In this document: in pieces, positions 40,125 to 52,600 of the stretch
Layout: each line of letters begins with the position of its first letter
Numbering within the stretch: position 1 is the stretch's first letter
Origin: Balanoglossus misakiensis
Lineage: Eukaryota; Animalia; Hemichordata
Direction: 5' to 3'
Length of the DNA stretch: 64,000 nt
NCBI GenBank assembly: GCA_040954595.2
Contig: CM082594.2
Coordinates: 2,775,319-2,839,318, forward strand
Program-made: the position numbers and the translations under genes
The notes under the pieces: generated by a model
Database searches by the model: none
Seen by the model: only the letters and a program-made list of their open reading frames with translations
Told to the model about the DNA's origin: nothing

Positions 40125-43100
40125 TCATGATGTTGGTCTTGGCTTCAGTATCAGTTTACCAGTCTGAAAAGGGAAAGGACAACATTGTTGTCAGTGACTG
40201 TTGGTAATAAAAACTGATAGTTCATGGATAGAGTGGAAAATCTGTTGCTTGAGTTATCACTGCCTAGTCTGGTCCCCTGCCCCATTCCGACCACTGGCTG
40301 TGCTACGCTAATATAAAGGGAAAGGGCTCAGGTACGGGCCGCTGTCATGGCCAAAAACCTGGCCTGCATATTATAATGAAACAAAGACCATGTGATCTTT
40401 AACAAGATGGGTGCCTCCAATGTCCGTACGCCAATGAGAGCCATGTTTACAAAAGCCCGTGCCTGACCATTTCCCTTTAGTGTAGCGCAGCCAGCGGTGG
40501 GAATGGGGCAGGGGACCAGACTACTCACTGCCCCCCCCCCCCCTCTTATGACTCAACTCATTATGTTCTGTGTCGCTTTGATCAGGATGTCAGTTTAATC
40601 ACAAATCTTGCACTGCCACATTACCAAGTGAATTTACGTCTAGAGAGATGTCAACTGGGATATCTGAGCAGAATGGTACTTACATCATCACATGACATAT
40701 TGTAATCTGCAAGAACTGTTCGCACTCTTGCTGTTACTCTGAAAACAGAGGTCAAGGGTAATATAAACTAGTTTTGGAGTTAGATATTGCATTATCATTA
40801 AAGGAAATCCAAGGCCGGCGTAAAATAACCAATGTGGACACTGTGTGTCGGCCTAGGGGCGAGTTCTTTCGTCCCGGTAGGAAGGGGGGATCAGGGCCAA
40901 CCTAAAATCTAGGCTGAGGCAAATTTGCATGTGGAAGCCTTCATACAGTGCAGCTTAGGAATAGCTTTCCAATTTGCTAACAACTTGCTGACACGGTGTT
41001 TATAATGAGCCAACACAGTGTTAGCCTGTGTGTTCCAAGTGTTACAAAGGTGTGAATCTGTTGGCCCTGGCACTTGGCATTGTTCAGTGTTAGCATGTGC
41101 TACAAAGGTGTTAAACCTTGGCGCACCCTATTGTTTTGGCACACAGTGTTAGCCTGTGTGTTCCAAGTGTTACAAAGGTGTGAATCTGTTGGCCCTGGCA
41201 CTTGGCATTGTTCAGTGTTAGCACCTTGGCGCACCCTATTGTTTTGGAACACCCCAGTTAAACACAAGCCCAATAGGTGCTAATTAGAGCGCCAATAGGG
41301 TGCCAACCCAGAGTTGACCCAGTGTTTAAACAGAGCTGACCCAGTGTTGGTGCAGTTGGAAAGCTATTCCTAAGCTGCACTGTATGTTGATATGCCATTG
41401 TGGTAAGGCAGCGTGTAAAACGGCAGTTCGTGGGACAGAGAAGGGATCTGGTTCACTTAGTGGACACGACTATACCCCATGGGCGATACAATGGTTTTTA
41501 GGGTTAGGGTTAGGAGGGTTAGGGTTAGGGTTAAACTCACCCTCACATTGCCACCCCTAACCCTCCTAACCCTAACCCTAACTCACCCTCATTGCCATGG
41601 TATCGTTGCCATGGGGTATAGTCGTGTCCAGTAAGTGAACCAGATCCCAGAGAAGACAAAATCTGAGTCAGCCCAAATTCAGGAACCAGTCAGAATGGAT
41701 GCAGCCCATGTTTTAGATGAACCATATGAACAGTGTACTTGAGTAAAAAAATCCTCAAATGTTTGTATTATAAGTCTAACAAATATTGCATCCTGAAATT
41801 ATGCTTCAAATATGCGTAAACATCTCCTGATTGCTGAAAAAAAGTTTCTGATTTGGACTCCACATAAATTATGCTGATTTATAAACTGATTGATTGGTTG
41901 GTCTATGTAGTGATTGCCATACTTAACCCAATGAAATCTAAAATTTACTTCATGACTTCTTATGTGCTACCCAGTACATATAGTTGACACAATGAAATTT
42001 ACGGAATGACTTCTTATGCACTACCCAATACATAGTTACTCAAAACAGTCAAATCTTTTGACAGACAACAAATCCAAAAGAAAGGATACATTGATGGAGC
42101 AACAACTCTTTTATGAATGCCAACCAAGAACAAAACTATCAAAGTGACGCAGCTTATGGTGAAAAACTGGTGGTTCCATAGTGACTGGATAAATGCAACC
42201 TGTCAAAACAAAACAAAACAAGATGTTATGTAAACGATCCTTAGGTTGCAAATCTGAAAGGTTGAAATACTTGTTGTTGTTCATTAAAGGCCGAAGATCA
42301 TCTTTATCAGTTTATGTGCATGTGTGTAATTTCTTGTGTACAAATATTACGTCCCATCTGTATGTTCTGCAAAATTTGCATTCAATGCATTCAAATAGTG
42401 GACTCCTTCCATATTTCATGTGCACCATAATAAAATAGACTTAAGTTTTATCCCTTCTTTTCACCCAATTTGCTGTCTTTTCCCAATCTCTGACTCAGAC
42501 TCTGATGATCGCCGCCATCTTGTCCGTTGTTAGAACACAACACTGCCTTATGGCATTGACTGTATACAATTATAATTTATTGTAACCAGGGTCTCTGGTT
42601 TGGCACATGCCCATAAGAAGATCGTTGTCCTTTAATATGGAGAATGTCATCAAGTATAGAATATCCAGCACAGCCCTTGATAGATTTTCAATGAAGCCCT
42701 AGGATTTCAAACTTTGAGCATGTTGATGAGTTGTGTAAGAGCCTGAACTGGTCGGATAAAATAACTGCCATTGAACAATTACTAGTATCATGGAAAAGAT
42801 GCCATCTTACTCTTTATGTTAAAATTCTCGTTATTTTATACAAAAACAAAATCACCTACTTGTGAGGTCATGGGGTCAAACAGCCATTGCCAAGCTCCAG
42901 TTGCAGTACATACTGATACAACTATCAAAATAACTGCAAAAAAATAAGATTTTTAAGAACAATATAATATTGAACACATGAATATGCACAAAATCAGAAA
43001 ACCAGAATTCTGGTCATAGTCATATCCTCCCCAGGGCAGTAATTGATTCATGCGAGAAAAGTAACAAGCTCGGCACTTTTGTCACATAATACAACAAGGG

Positions 43101-43800
43101 TCATCTTTTGCTGGCCTGTTTCTACACACACCCTGGCCTGGTGTACATGAAAATAAGTGAGTTAAAATAAAATGCCTTTGAAGTGAAGAGTTAGTACATC
43201 TACATGGTACACATTGACTCATCTATTCCATTCTAGTTTGAGTATAAAACTTACTTCTGCATCTTCTTGTGGCAGGCCCTAAGAAAGCAATATATTCTGT
43301 CAGACGCCTTTCAAATGCCTTGAGATCTGCAAGTAAATTACAAAATTGTATGGTGGAAATTTAAGAAGTGTATTTACATGAATTTCTCTTATGTGCATTG
43401 TATTTGTAAGTGAAGCTCAATATGAGCAAAAGCACTTAGCAGCAATTAAGTACAAGTAGTCAAAACATGCACCAAGTCTTTTTTAGTTTGAGGATGGTGG
43501 TGTGGTTCTATTGGACCAGGTTGTTTCAGTATGATGGACGGTGTGTTTTAGATAGACTCACACACAGGTGTGAGTCTCTCTAGTACCTCCATGGTCTATC
43601 TAAAACACCAGCAAACTTGTACAGTACAGTGTTCTTCTGAAGCCTGCAGTTAGTTTGGCTACCGGTCAGCAAATCACTGTACGCGCTAATAAAAGTTGTG
43701 TTGTACGTGAGGCGACTAATTTTCAACTTTTGGAGTAAGCCCGATTGATTCCGGCGCCTATTGGCATGTTTACTATACCTTCTGTCTGTTCCAACGACAT
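40125..43800 (-). CDS. CNEP1R1: Nuclear envelope phosphatase-regulatory subunit 1 (TMEM188), 123 aa, 6 exons
   Basis: Exons 43800-43779, 43326-43255, 42933-42860, 42199-42090, 40738-40684, 40163-40125 (372 nt, phases consistent). Protein [91 protein letters not shown]. Minus-strand AATAAA at 40007-40002. Confidence 0.96.
40265..40523. mobile_element. MITE with TAG..CTA ends and ~9-bp TSD in the last CNEP1R1 intron
   Basis: TIR tagtctggtcccctgccccattcc / ggaatggggcaggggaccagacta; flanks atcactgcc / ctcactgcc. Confidence 0.85.
40946..41382. mobile_element. Tc1/mariner-like MITE with TA TSD inside the U12 intron
   Basis: ta|cagtgcagcttaggaatagctttccaa..ttggaaagctattcctaagctgcactg|ta; internal ~128-bp tandem duplication. 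Confidence 0.85.
41444..41647. mobile_element. Palindromic MITE carrying inverted (TTAGGG)n tracts, 8-bp TSD
   Basis: TIR ggatctggttcactta(g/c)tggacacgactataccccatgg; TSD cagagaag at 41436-41443 and 41648-41655. Confidence 0.88.
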
Positions 43801-44403
43801 TTCCGTAAGGTCTTGCACCAAAATATAATAATACAAGTATCACTTCCGGAATATTGTAGTCTCGTTTTTAGCTAAGCTGATCGATCTATTCTTCTTTCTT
43901 ATTGGACAGGCTGAATAATTTATTTAGAACAAACCTATCAAAGATGGCCTTATATTTGGAGGTATACTCTCGCAATGTTCGAGAGTGCCAGCCAACGCGA
44001 GACTTCCTACGCGTCTGTACGTCCTCACAGCCTGGGTCATGAAACTGTTGACAGACGTGCGTGTGTTCCAAAAACAGGTATGTGTTTTGCACATTTATCT
44101 ATTCTGGGTGGAAGTAGACACGTATGTATTACATGTGTCAGTGACTGAAACATGAAATCAATAAGACAAACTTACAATCATGCAGCAATCTTATCAATGA
44201 CTGATTTTGTCACATGTGACATGACAGTGTGTTAACAATGGCTTCGGCTAGGGCTGCAGCTGCAGGCAATCGAGAGGCTGGCGAAGTTTTGAGTACAGGC
44301 GATCTCAACGCATGTATTCCAACATTTGTCAATTTCGGACAGCCGATTTGATGATCTCTTGTTTTGTTGGTGGCGTGCTAGGATATAGTGGAAACGAATG
44401 TTA
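43801..44403. promoter_or_regulatory. Divergent promoter region CNEP1R1 / NCOA5 with putative non-coding first exon of NCOA5 (~44250-44403)
   Basis: Minus-strand ACTACAatattCCGGAAGTG (ZNF143/THAP11-like plus ETS) at 43860-43841; palindromic gtcacatgtgac at 44209-44220; donor gtaagc at 44404 after a CpG-rich stretch. Confidence 0.55.
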
Positions 44404-44672
44404 GTAAGCCTATATAGCAAGTCTTGTTCATTACACATGTATGGTATAGCTATAATGTTTAGTTTCAAGTAAGATCCCATTCCCAGTCTCAGATTGTGCA
44501 ATTTACCATTTTACCACTGTATTTTTTTTTTTGGGGGGGGAGGGGGCTACGGATAGCTGCAATGATTGTAGTGGGTGCTGCTAGGTTGACTGGTGTTTGC
44601 AGCACTACACTGAGAACACCAGTTATAGTAACCTGGCAGCAGCTGCACCTGCTACAATCATTGCCGCCAGGC

Positions 44673-44820
44673 TATAGACCACTACGCGGATAGAGTATCT
44701 GCAATGCATGATGGTATAATTTGCGTTCAACATAGCGTCTAGTACATGGCTAACGCACGCGCTCAGAACGCAAACTGTCCCACAACACCCTGCGTTATGC
44801 TATCCGTGAAGTGGTCCATG
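44673..44820. mobile_element. Small MITE family (second copy at 51711-51858)
   Basis: gaccact(a/t)cgcgga..tccg(t/c)gaag(t/g)ggtcc inverted ends; two highly similar copies. Confidence 0.7.
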
Positions 44821-46618
44821 TTTAACTTATGAGGAATCAGAATTGATGAAACGGCATACATGTAGCTGTGCCGCAGCAAGCTGACAGGTCACTTCGACCC
44901 CTGACCATTTCGACCCCAATAAATCACACCTCTTTGTGGTCACCTCGACCCCTGTGGCCAGGTCACTTCCGACCCCTATGTCTGATTTTTTCATCGGTCT
45001 GCAACAACTCTTAGGAACGATATGCAACTTATTGGGGAAAATTGCCTCAAACTAACGGTCACTTGTCTGGTAAATATGTGTTCCTTAATGCGAATGATTC
45101 ACGGTAAAGCTGCGAGAATTTGTGATTTGCTACTCAAACTCACAATTTCTTTCAATAAAGCTATTGATTTAAGGTTGGAGTGTCAGTTTTTAACTTCACA
45201 CACAAACATCGCATGCGTAGTGCCTCACACTGAAGCCCTTATGTACTGTAGTTTGTAGCCTGTGAGATAATATTCCTTTGGCTCAGATATTTGGCTACAT
45301 GTACTATCAGACCTTGAGTTATGCTGATGGGTTTGACGTTTATGATTTAACTATTGGAACGTCTGTTTTTGATAGTATCTGTGTGACAGTGTTTATGAGA
45401 AATCTTGCGAGTGTCAGGCATGAATTCAGTCCCCCAGCTGGTGACAAAGAAAGCTATGGCGAAATGAAGACAGAAACGTACTGGATGTCATACCTTATGT
45501 ATATACATGTACCTAGACACACTTGGCAGTCTGAGCCCCCCTGTAAAATGTACCAAATCACACAAAGTGACTGGTTTGCACTGTATTGGTCTGAGGGTCT
45601 TGTATAGGCCCTACTGATTAACACGCACTTGGCAGTCTAACAGGCCTGGGAGCCAGGATTCTAGGCACCCTAGAAATCAAACCAGTTTCAACTGACTTGG
45701 CAGCGTAAGGGTTAAAATGGCCCACAAAGCTACTATTATTCTTGTACTACTTAAATAATAACACATGATTGATAGCGAGGGTAAAATCACGATTTGAAGC
45801 CTGCATGAGGGATGGTGATCTCTGACTATAATATGATGCCCGAGCTGCTGGCGAGGGTATCATCAATACATGTATTATGGTCAGAGAGCACCAGCCTGAG
45901 GATGTCGTACGTTGCAGTGAATTAAAATGTCTAGATCTCCCAAAAACTTAGGTCACAAGGTGCATATACATGTGTACCTACTTTGAACTCAGGACTGAGG
46001 TAATTTTGAGGATAGTGTTCTGTTGGCTGCGATTTTGTTGTTTTCACTGTCCGTTTGCAATAAATTATCGTCCATTTGAACAGGTATTAAGCCTCTGTGT
46101 GTTGCTTTGAAGCCATAGATGTATATGCGGGAGTTGACTGATTGTGGAGGACGCCATTGAACGACAGTTTGGAACGCGCAGAAGTCGCGAGCAGAACACC
46201 AAAAACAACCCAGCGGGCAATATCAGCGCACGCGACAGGGCTTTATCAACTCTTGCCATGTTATATCACTTTTTGTTTCTATGTCACGTGAGTGCATCTC
46301 AGCCAATCATGAATATGACATAATATGCAAGGTGTAATTATATTATTCATCGTTCGTGTCAAGGGTCAACATCAGTGCTCTCAGTATAGGGAAACCTGGG
46401 AAGTTTGTCAGTACATGTGCGAACTCCAAACATGTATACCCCACACTCAGGAAACAGCCCTGGCTGTAGTTGTACTCCGAAGAGAGAAGAAAAGGTTATC
46501 AACCTCTCGCTTGGGGGATGGTGGGGAGGGGGCTCAGTCGGGTAGCAGTGACCGCACAGCATTTATGTTGAACTATTACAAGTATTCAACTGATGTTGCT
46601 TACAGGAATGTCTGCGTC

Positions 46619-49600
46619 ATGAGTGTTAGCGGTGATCACATTCGAGATAAAAGGAGCACATCCCGTGATCGGTCACATTTTCGCGATTCAAAGAGCAACC
46701 ACTCGCATAGAACGAGACGCCACAGCAGATCCAGCAGCCCTGGCAGCAATCAAACAAGTCACAGTAATTCAAGAAGGAGACGAAGAAGTGAATCACCGGA
46801 TGTTACTGTTGGTAGTTACACAAGCAGCCAGGATCCACGAGACGTTGACTCGCGAGTCTTTATTGGAAAAATAAATACGTCCATTTCTAGTTTTACAGTA
46901 ACGTCAGGGGAAATTCGAGAATTATTCAGCAAGCACGGTCGTGTCACAGGTGAGCATTTTGTGCAATATACTGTAAAACACTTTATTTTTGCGAGTTGAA
47001 ATTTTCGCGATATTGAGAGAGGCCACTGTTTCGCGATTATTAATTTTCGCGGTCTCTTATTTCATTCATTGCAGTGTTATCTTCAAAAAAAATTACGCGA
47101 CTTTTTATTTTCATGCTTTTTTGGCTCAACTGACTATAAGTGAAAATATACACATTGCAATACATTAATTAAAGATAATGTCTTCGCTGTCTTGATAATT
47201 CCACTTTTTTAAATTTTATTTTGTAGGTGCATCTGTTCATAAAGGTTTTGGATTCGTGCAGTTCACCAACAGATCCGCTGCAGAGGCAGCAGTGAAAGAA
47301 TTTCATAATTCCTTAATAGGTGATTTTCGTGTAGGTATGTACAGCCTATCTTGGGCGTTTATGTTCCCTATTTGCTTGTCAAAATGTGTTTTGTTTCTCA
47401 TCCTTAATCATGTCGGTTCCCCATAGGTGTTTGATCTTGTCGGTTCAAGAATGAAAAACTGAAAAAAAAGCTAGCAAAAATAGGTTGTGCAATTTATTCT
47501 TTTGCCTAAATGAGCTGATATAAATTCATATGTTTATTGGCATTACAGTCTGTAATCTCGTTGGAGAAGGTAGAATGGGAGATCGACACAGAGCCAGATC
47601 AAGTATGGACAGAGATAGAGGTAGTCGAGAAAACAGTAGGCTCAGGTGGGTCATTCTTAGATGTTTTAATGACAGTGAACTAAGGTATGGACAGAAGCCC
47701 ATGTATATTCTGTCAACTGTGGGGCATAATGCCACAGGCTTGTACTTTGTTCACTCAGCAATTACATTCCTTTAGAGCTGATGTAGTGTTCTCCCCAGGA
47801 ATTTCTGATATCCTAGTGTCTCATTTGCATAATAATATAAATAATTGTTATGTTAATTAAGTTTTATTGTCTTCTAAAAATTAAGAGTAGTGGCTACTAT
47901 GCTTTAATTAATTGCTCTGGGGAGAACACTATCGCTCATCTCTTCCCTGTAGTTAGGCCAAAGTAAGTAAATTCTTTGTTTTGCATCCACTGAAATTTTT
48001 GAAAGGTAGGCGGCTAAGCGGTTATAAAACACATACAGTAGAACGTCGATTATCCGAACACCTAGGGGGACATGGTTTTTGTTCAGATATGCAAACAGTT
48101 CGGATATGCAATCTTAGGGGGGCGGGGTCACATTAAGGTCATATCTCACACATAACACGCACGTACATACCACAGTAGACATGACACATCGTTTTCCTTT
48201 CTAGTTTGTTTATTTCTAAGTAAATTCTAAGTACATTTAAAATTAAAGTTATGAGAAAATTGGCAATAAAAAATGACGGAACACTGAGCTTGCCCGTTTA
48301 ATACAGTTCAATATTTACACAGCAGATACATTGCGAGATGTTACATGCACGTTCATCATATTGATCATTGTAAAAATTGTTGCAATAAAGTTCAACAAAC
48401 AACAAAAACTTGACATTTTAGAGTTCAAAGACTAATTTAAGTGTCGTGCTAAGTGCTTACATCTTCTTGAAGAAAGAGGTTATAGTCTTCTGCTTGGCTG
48501 TATCATGATGCTTTCGGACGGCTTCCTGGTGCATGCTGCGGAGAAGTAAAAGTTTGGTGGGGTCACTGTCTGGCTGGGCTTCAAGTCGTAACAATCATCG
48601 GGAGAACATGTCAGCTGCTTCGGCGTTGGTGGGAATGGGTACGCACGGTTCGCTGTTTTCCTTGTCGCTGTCATCTTCCGGTGAATCGATGTCTGGTGTT
48701 GATTTCTGGGCAATCTGAAGGATTTCTTCGTCGTTAAGAGTTTGGTAGCCGGGGTCACCCTCGTCAACATTGAACCACTCAGAGACTTGCGCACGATCTT
48801 CTACGGGGAGTGTGTCGATCACTTCTTGGACAGTTGCATCTTCTCCTGCGGCAGGGATGGTGACTTGGGTGCTAGCGCTGACGTTTATTCGGAGCTTGTG
48901 CCAGGCATTTGATAGAGTCTCAACAGTGAGTTCACGCCACGATTCAGCCACCATATAACAAGTGTCTTTCAGAGTCACGGTCTTCACACTCTCGGTTAGC
49001 GACACGTTGTCCGAATTTTCTATGACGACCTTCCGCAACATCTTGGCCTTATATCGACGTTTCAGGGCATTCAACACGCCTTGATCCATGGGTTGGATCA
49101 ATGGTGTAGTGTTCGGCGGGAGAAACATGCACTTGATCAAGCCGTCATTGCTTGGGTGGGATGGTGCATTATCGATGAGAAGAAGCACTTTTTCTGGCAG
49201 TTGTTTCTGGCGTAAATGATGACGGACAGACGGTACAAATTCATCGTGAAACCAGGTAGAGAACAACTGTCCGCTCATCCAGGCATTGGCTTGGTGTAAG
49301 TAGCGAACTGGGAGATTGTTCATGTTGACGTGTTTGAAGCAGCGGGGGTTGCGAGATTTGCCAATGACGACGGGCGGGAGTTTGTGCGTGCCGGATGCGT
49401 TGGAACAACCCATGACTGTGATTCGATCTTTGCTAACTTTGAAGCCTGGCGCGTGTTTTTCACTGGAAGCAGCAAGAGTCTTTCGTGGCAATAATTTCCA
49501 GTAAAGTCCCGTTTCGTTGGCATTATACAGCGGCTCGGTGGTGTAGTTTTCATTTTCAATAACATCTTTGAGTTTTCTGATGAACGGCTCGACTTCGTTT

Positions 49601-52600
49601 TCATTTGATGACAGTTTTTCGCCCTGGACTGCTATCTGACGGATACCGTGTCTCAGTTTGAAATTTTTCAACCAGCCGGTGCTTGCTTTGAACTGGGACT
49701 GATCACCATGAAGCTGCTCTGCAAACCACTTTGCTTTTTCGGTGATGATCTGGCCAGATAACGGGGAACCCCTACTTCTCTCTTGAGTAAACCACTTGAA
49801 AACGGAGGTCTCCAGGGCATCGTCCTTGGCTGTCTTCATTATCTTTCGCTTGAGGCCGGCGTCGGTGTTCATCTTGCTGGCATAGTCGCGCAACTTTGCT
49901 TTACTCTTCCTAATGTCGGTTATGGTGGATTTCCCGACACCAAACTCATGTGAAAGTTTAGTAGCACTTTCACCTTTTTCAAGACGATCGATGATCAATA
50001 ACTTGGCGTTGATGTCGAGCACGTGACGCTTGCGTTTCATTGATGACGTAGCCATGATGACGTAGACAGTGTCAGTGATGGCGGAAGCAGAGCGATGTCA
50101 GTTCGATGTTACCAGATCACTACTGGAATTACGAATGGTCCAATTTCCCAAAACCCAAGGGTTTTTATACGCTTCTAGCTAAGCAGTTATCACTTTTAAG
50201 TTTTGACGGATTGCCGCAAAATGCTGCAAACGTTTAAAGAAGAAGCCGACCATCGGTTGCAACTTTTAGCAAGGCCGACAAAGGGTATGCGGCAAAACTG
50301 ACCATGCCATTGTCGAGCGGTTTATTTTCACACCTCTTGCGATTCCATCCAAATGAATCATACCCGGGGATACAAAACATTAACACTTTAAGAATTAAAA
50401 CAAAAGGCAAATGGGCGGTAAGGTTGTTTAAAGAAATAACTTTATTAAAGAGGAAAGTGATGTACGATAATGCCATCCTTTGAAAGCAAGGGCCGCGACC
50501 ATCAATCAATGATTAAGCAGGGGTATACGCCAACATGTAGACTTTGTGGGGGACACGGAGTGAGTGCGGATAACCGAACAATTCGGATAATTGACGTTCG
50601 GATAATCGACGTTCTACTGTACTCACCTTTTTTATCTATGTACCCCTTCTCTTGAACCCGTACATGAATCTTCTCTGGAATCAATAAATGGCTGTGGTCT
50701 TGCTTCCCCTTGAATATCACTGTCGGCTTGCACTTGGTCCCGTTGGCAGCAACCCCTTCTTTTCTGACCCTGTCGTCTTGATATGCACCGACTTGGCACC
50801 AGAGTCCATTCACCCGGCATATCCAAACGGAGGGGCGTCTCGTCTATATCAAAAATGTCTGATAACGGGTATTGGTGCTGCTCTCTCTAAGTTGGATGAT
50901 GAAGCCCTAGAAAGCGATAATCTTCTCTTTCGTGTTCGCTGGTAACTTCTTCCCAAGAGACATCTTCTTTCTGGTGGAAAGGCCGTGTCGATGTTTGAAC
51001 CCACGTACAGTAACCACTTTTTACCAGCTGTCGAACACCTTTAATAATGAACTGTTTGACATTCAAAGGGCTTGCTACTGTAGTTGTCTACCAGTTACAT
51101 GTACCCCGTTGCCATTCTTTCGCTGGCCGTCTAACCAATCGATGAGCTGGTTGTCCATCGCACGATCGTTAACGGGTCTACTGAGACGTTTCGCTGACTT
51201 GGAGGCTACTGCTAGCTCATCTTTTTTTCTTCAGCCAGTCCCTGACGTAGCAGAGCTTAACATACACATTACAATCTCTGTCCTACCAGGTACCCATTAC
51301 TCCTGGGTGGGGAGAAGCAATGAGAAGTTAAGTGCCTTGCTCAAAGACAACACCACAGCCATGTCAGGGCTCGAATGCTTTGATTCACGAGTCCAATGCT
51401 CTAAGTCTAACCACTGAGCCATGATGTTCTCCAAATGTAGTTAGCAATTGATTTGTTTGTGTGTTTACAGAGATTATGACAGATTTGATCCTTACGACAG
51501 ACCATATGATAGAGAAGGTGGGCGGTCACGTGAACGATCTCCATTGAGGCCCGACCCTTATGATGACAGGTACAGAGATGCCCCACCACCACCACCACCA
51601 CCCCTCAGGTAAGATATTGAGTTCTTTCATACATGTAAGAATCAAGGAAATTGCATTATGCTGCAGGTTCTCTACAATGACCAGTTGTGCCAGGTCCTGG
51701 AGTGTTATGCCACAGACCACTTCGCGGACAGGGTATCTGCAATGCATGATGGTATAATTTGCGTTCAACACAGTGTCTAGTATATGGCTAACGGACGCGC
51801 TCAGAACGCAAACTGTCCCACAAACCCCTGCATTATTCTATCCGCGAAGGGGTCCATGCCCCATAAAACAACCTGTAAAATACTCTGCCTCTCATGGCAG
51901 TACTTCCAATTATCCGTATGTCCCCATATGACGTGCCTCTGACTCAACAAACTCACTGGTGACTCCAGAAAATTATCCACACTACATGCAAAGGGTATAG
52001 GGCGACAGAGAAAATTCCTTTATACACAAATTTGCTCAAAGCATTTAAAAAATTATGTTTGTTAGAGAGCACGCTACTTCCAATTCATGATTGGACAAAT
52101 GTGGCCTGTGGGTGTGTTTGCATACCAAACTCGGTCAACATGTTTTGTTTTTTCATATTTTATCCTATGGTATAATTACTGGTATCATGGACAAAAATGT
52201 TGTACGTAGTCCCAGAATACAAAGTCAGTCAGAAGAAGAGGGGTAACAGTGCTAAAGGGTCAATTTAAAAGAAAATGAATTTACACATTGTCTTTCAGAC
52301 GTGGTGGTGGTGATCGCTATCCTGATGACCCAATATTTGACCGCCGTGATCCTTACCCTCGACGCGATGAATATTTTCGAGAAAGACGTGATCCAGAGAG
52401 ATTTCGAGATGAAAGAGAGGATCCTTACAGGTTTGTTTTGTTATTTCTTTCTTGCAAGTGTGTTAATTGTACATCAACATCTCTTCTTTGTCACAATGCT
52501 AACCAGGTGACCTGTTTTTAAAACCACCACTCTGATACTTAAATGGACATAGTCTCCCTCTCTCGCTGTCCTTTTTCCATTAATTATGTTTGATACAAAA

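Larger units (their letters stand above)
40739..42089 (-). other. U12-type (minor spliceosome) GT-AG intron of CNEP1R1
   Basis: 5' splice site GTATCCTTT (42089-42081); branch site CCTTGAC (40757-40751) with the A 13 nt before the 3' splice site. Confidence 0.9.

Noticed and set aside
41490-41590. Ancestral chromosome end-to-end fusion site
   Set aside because: The tracts are very short and enclosed by TIRs and an 8-bp TSD, so they belong to a MITE.
46325-46605. N-terminal part of the 224-aa ORF as NCOA5 coding sequence
   Set aside because: It lies upstream of the acceptor at 46604-46605 and looks intronic; the same applies to ORF read-through beyond other splice sites.
48595-50055. Domesticated host gene (TIGD/JRK) or active transposase
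   Set aside because: Perfect TIRs and TSD indicate a recent insertion, and the D>N change plus nonsense codon argue against activity.
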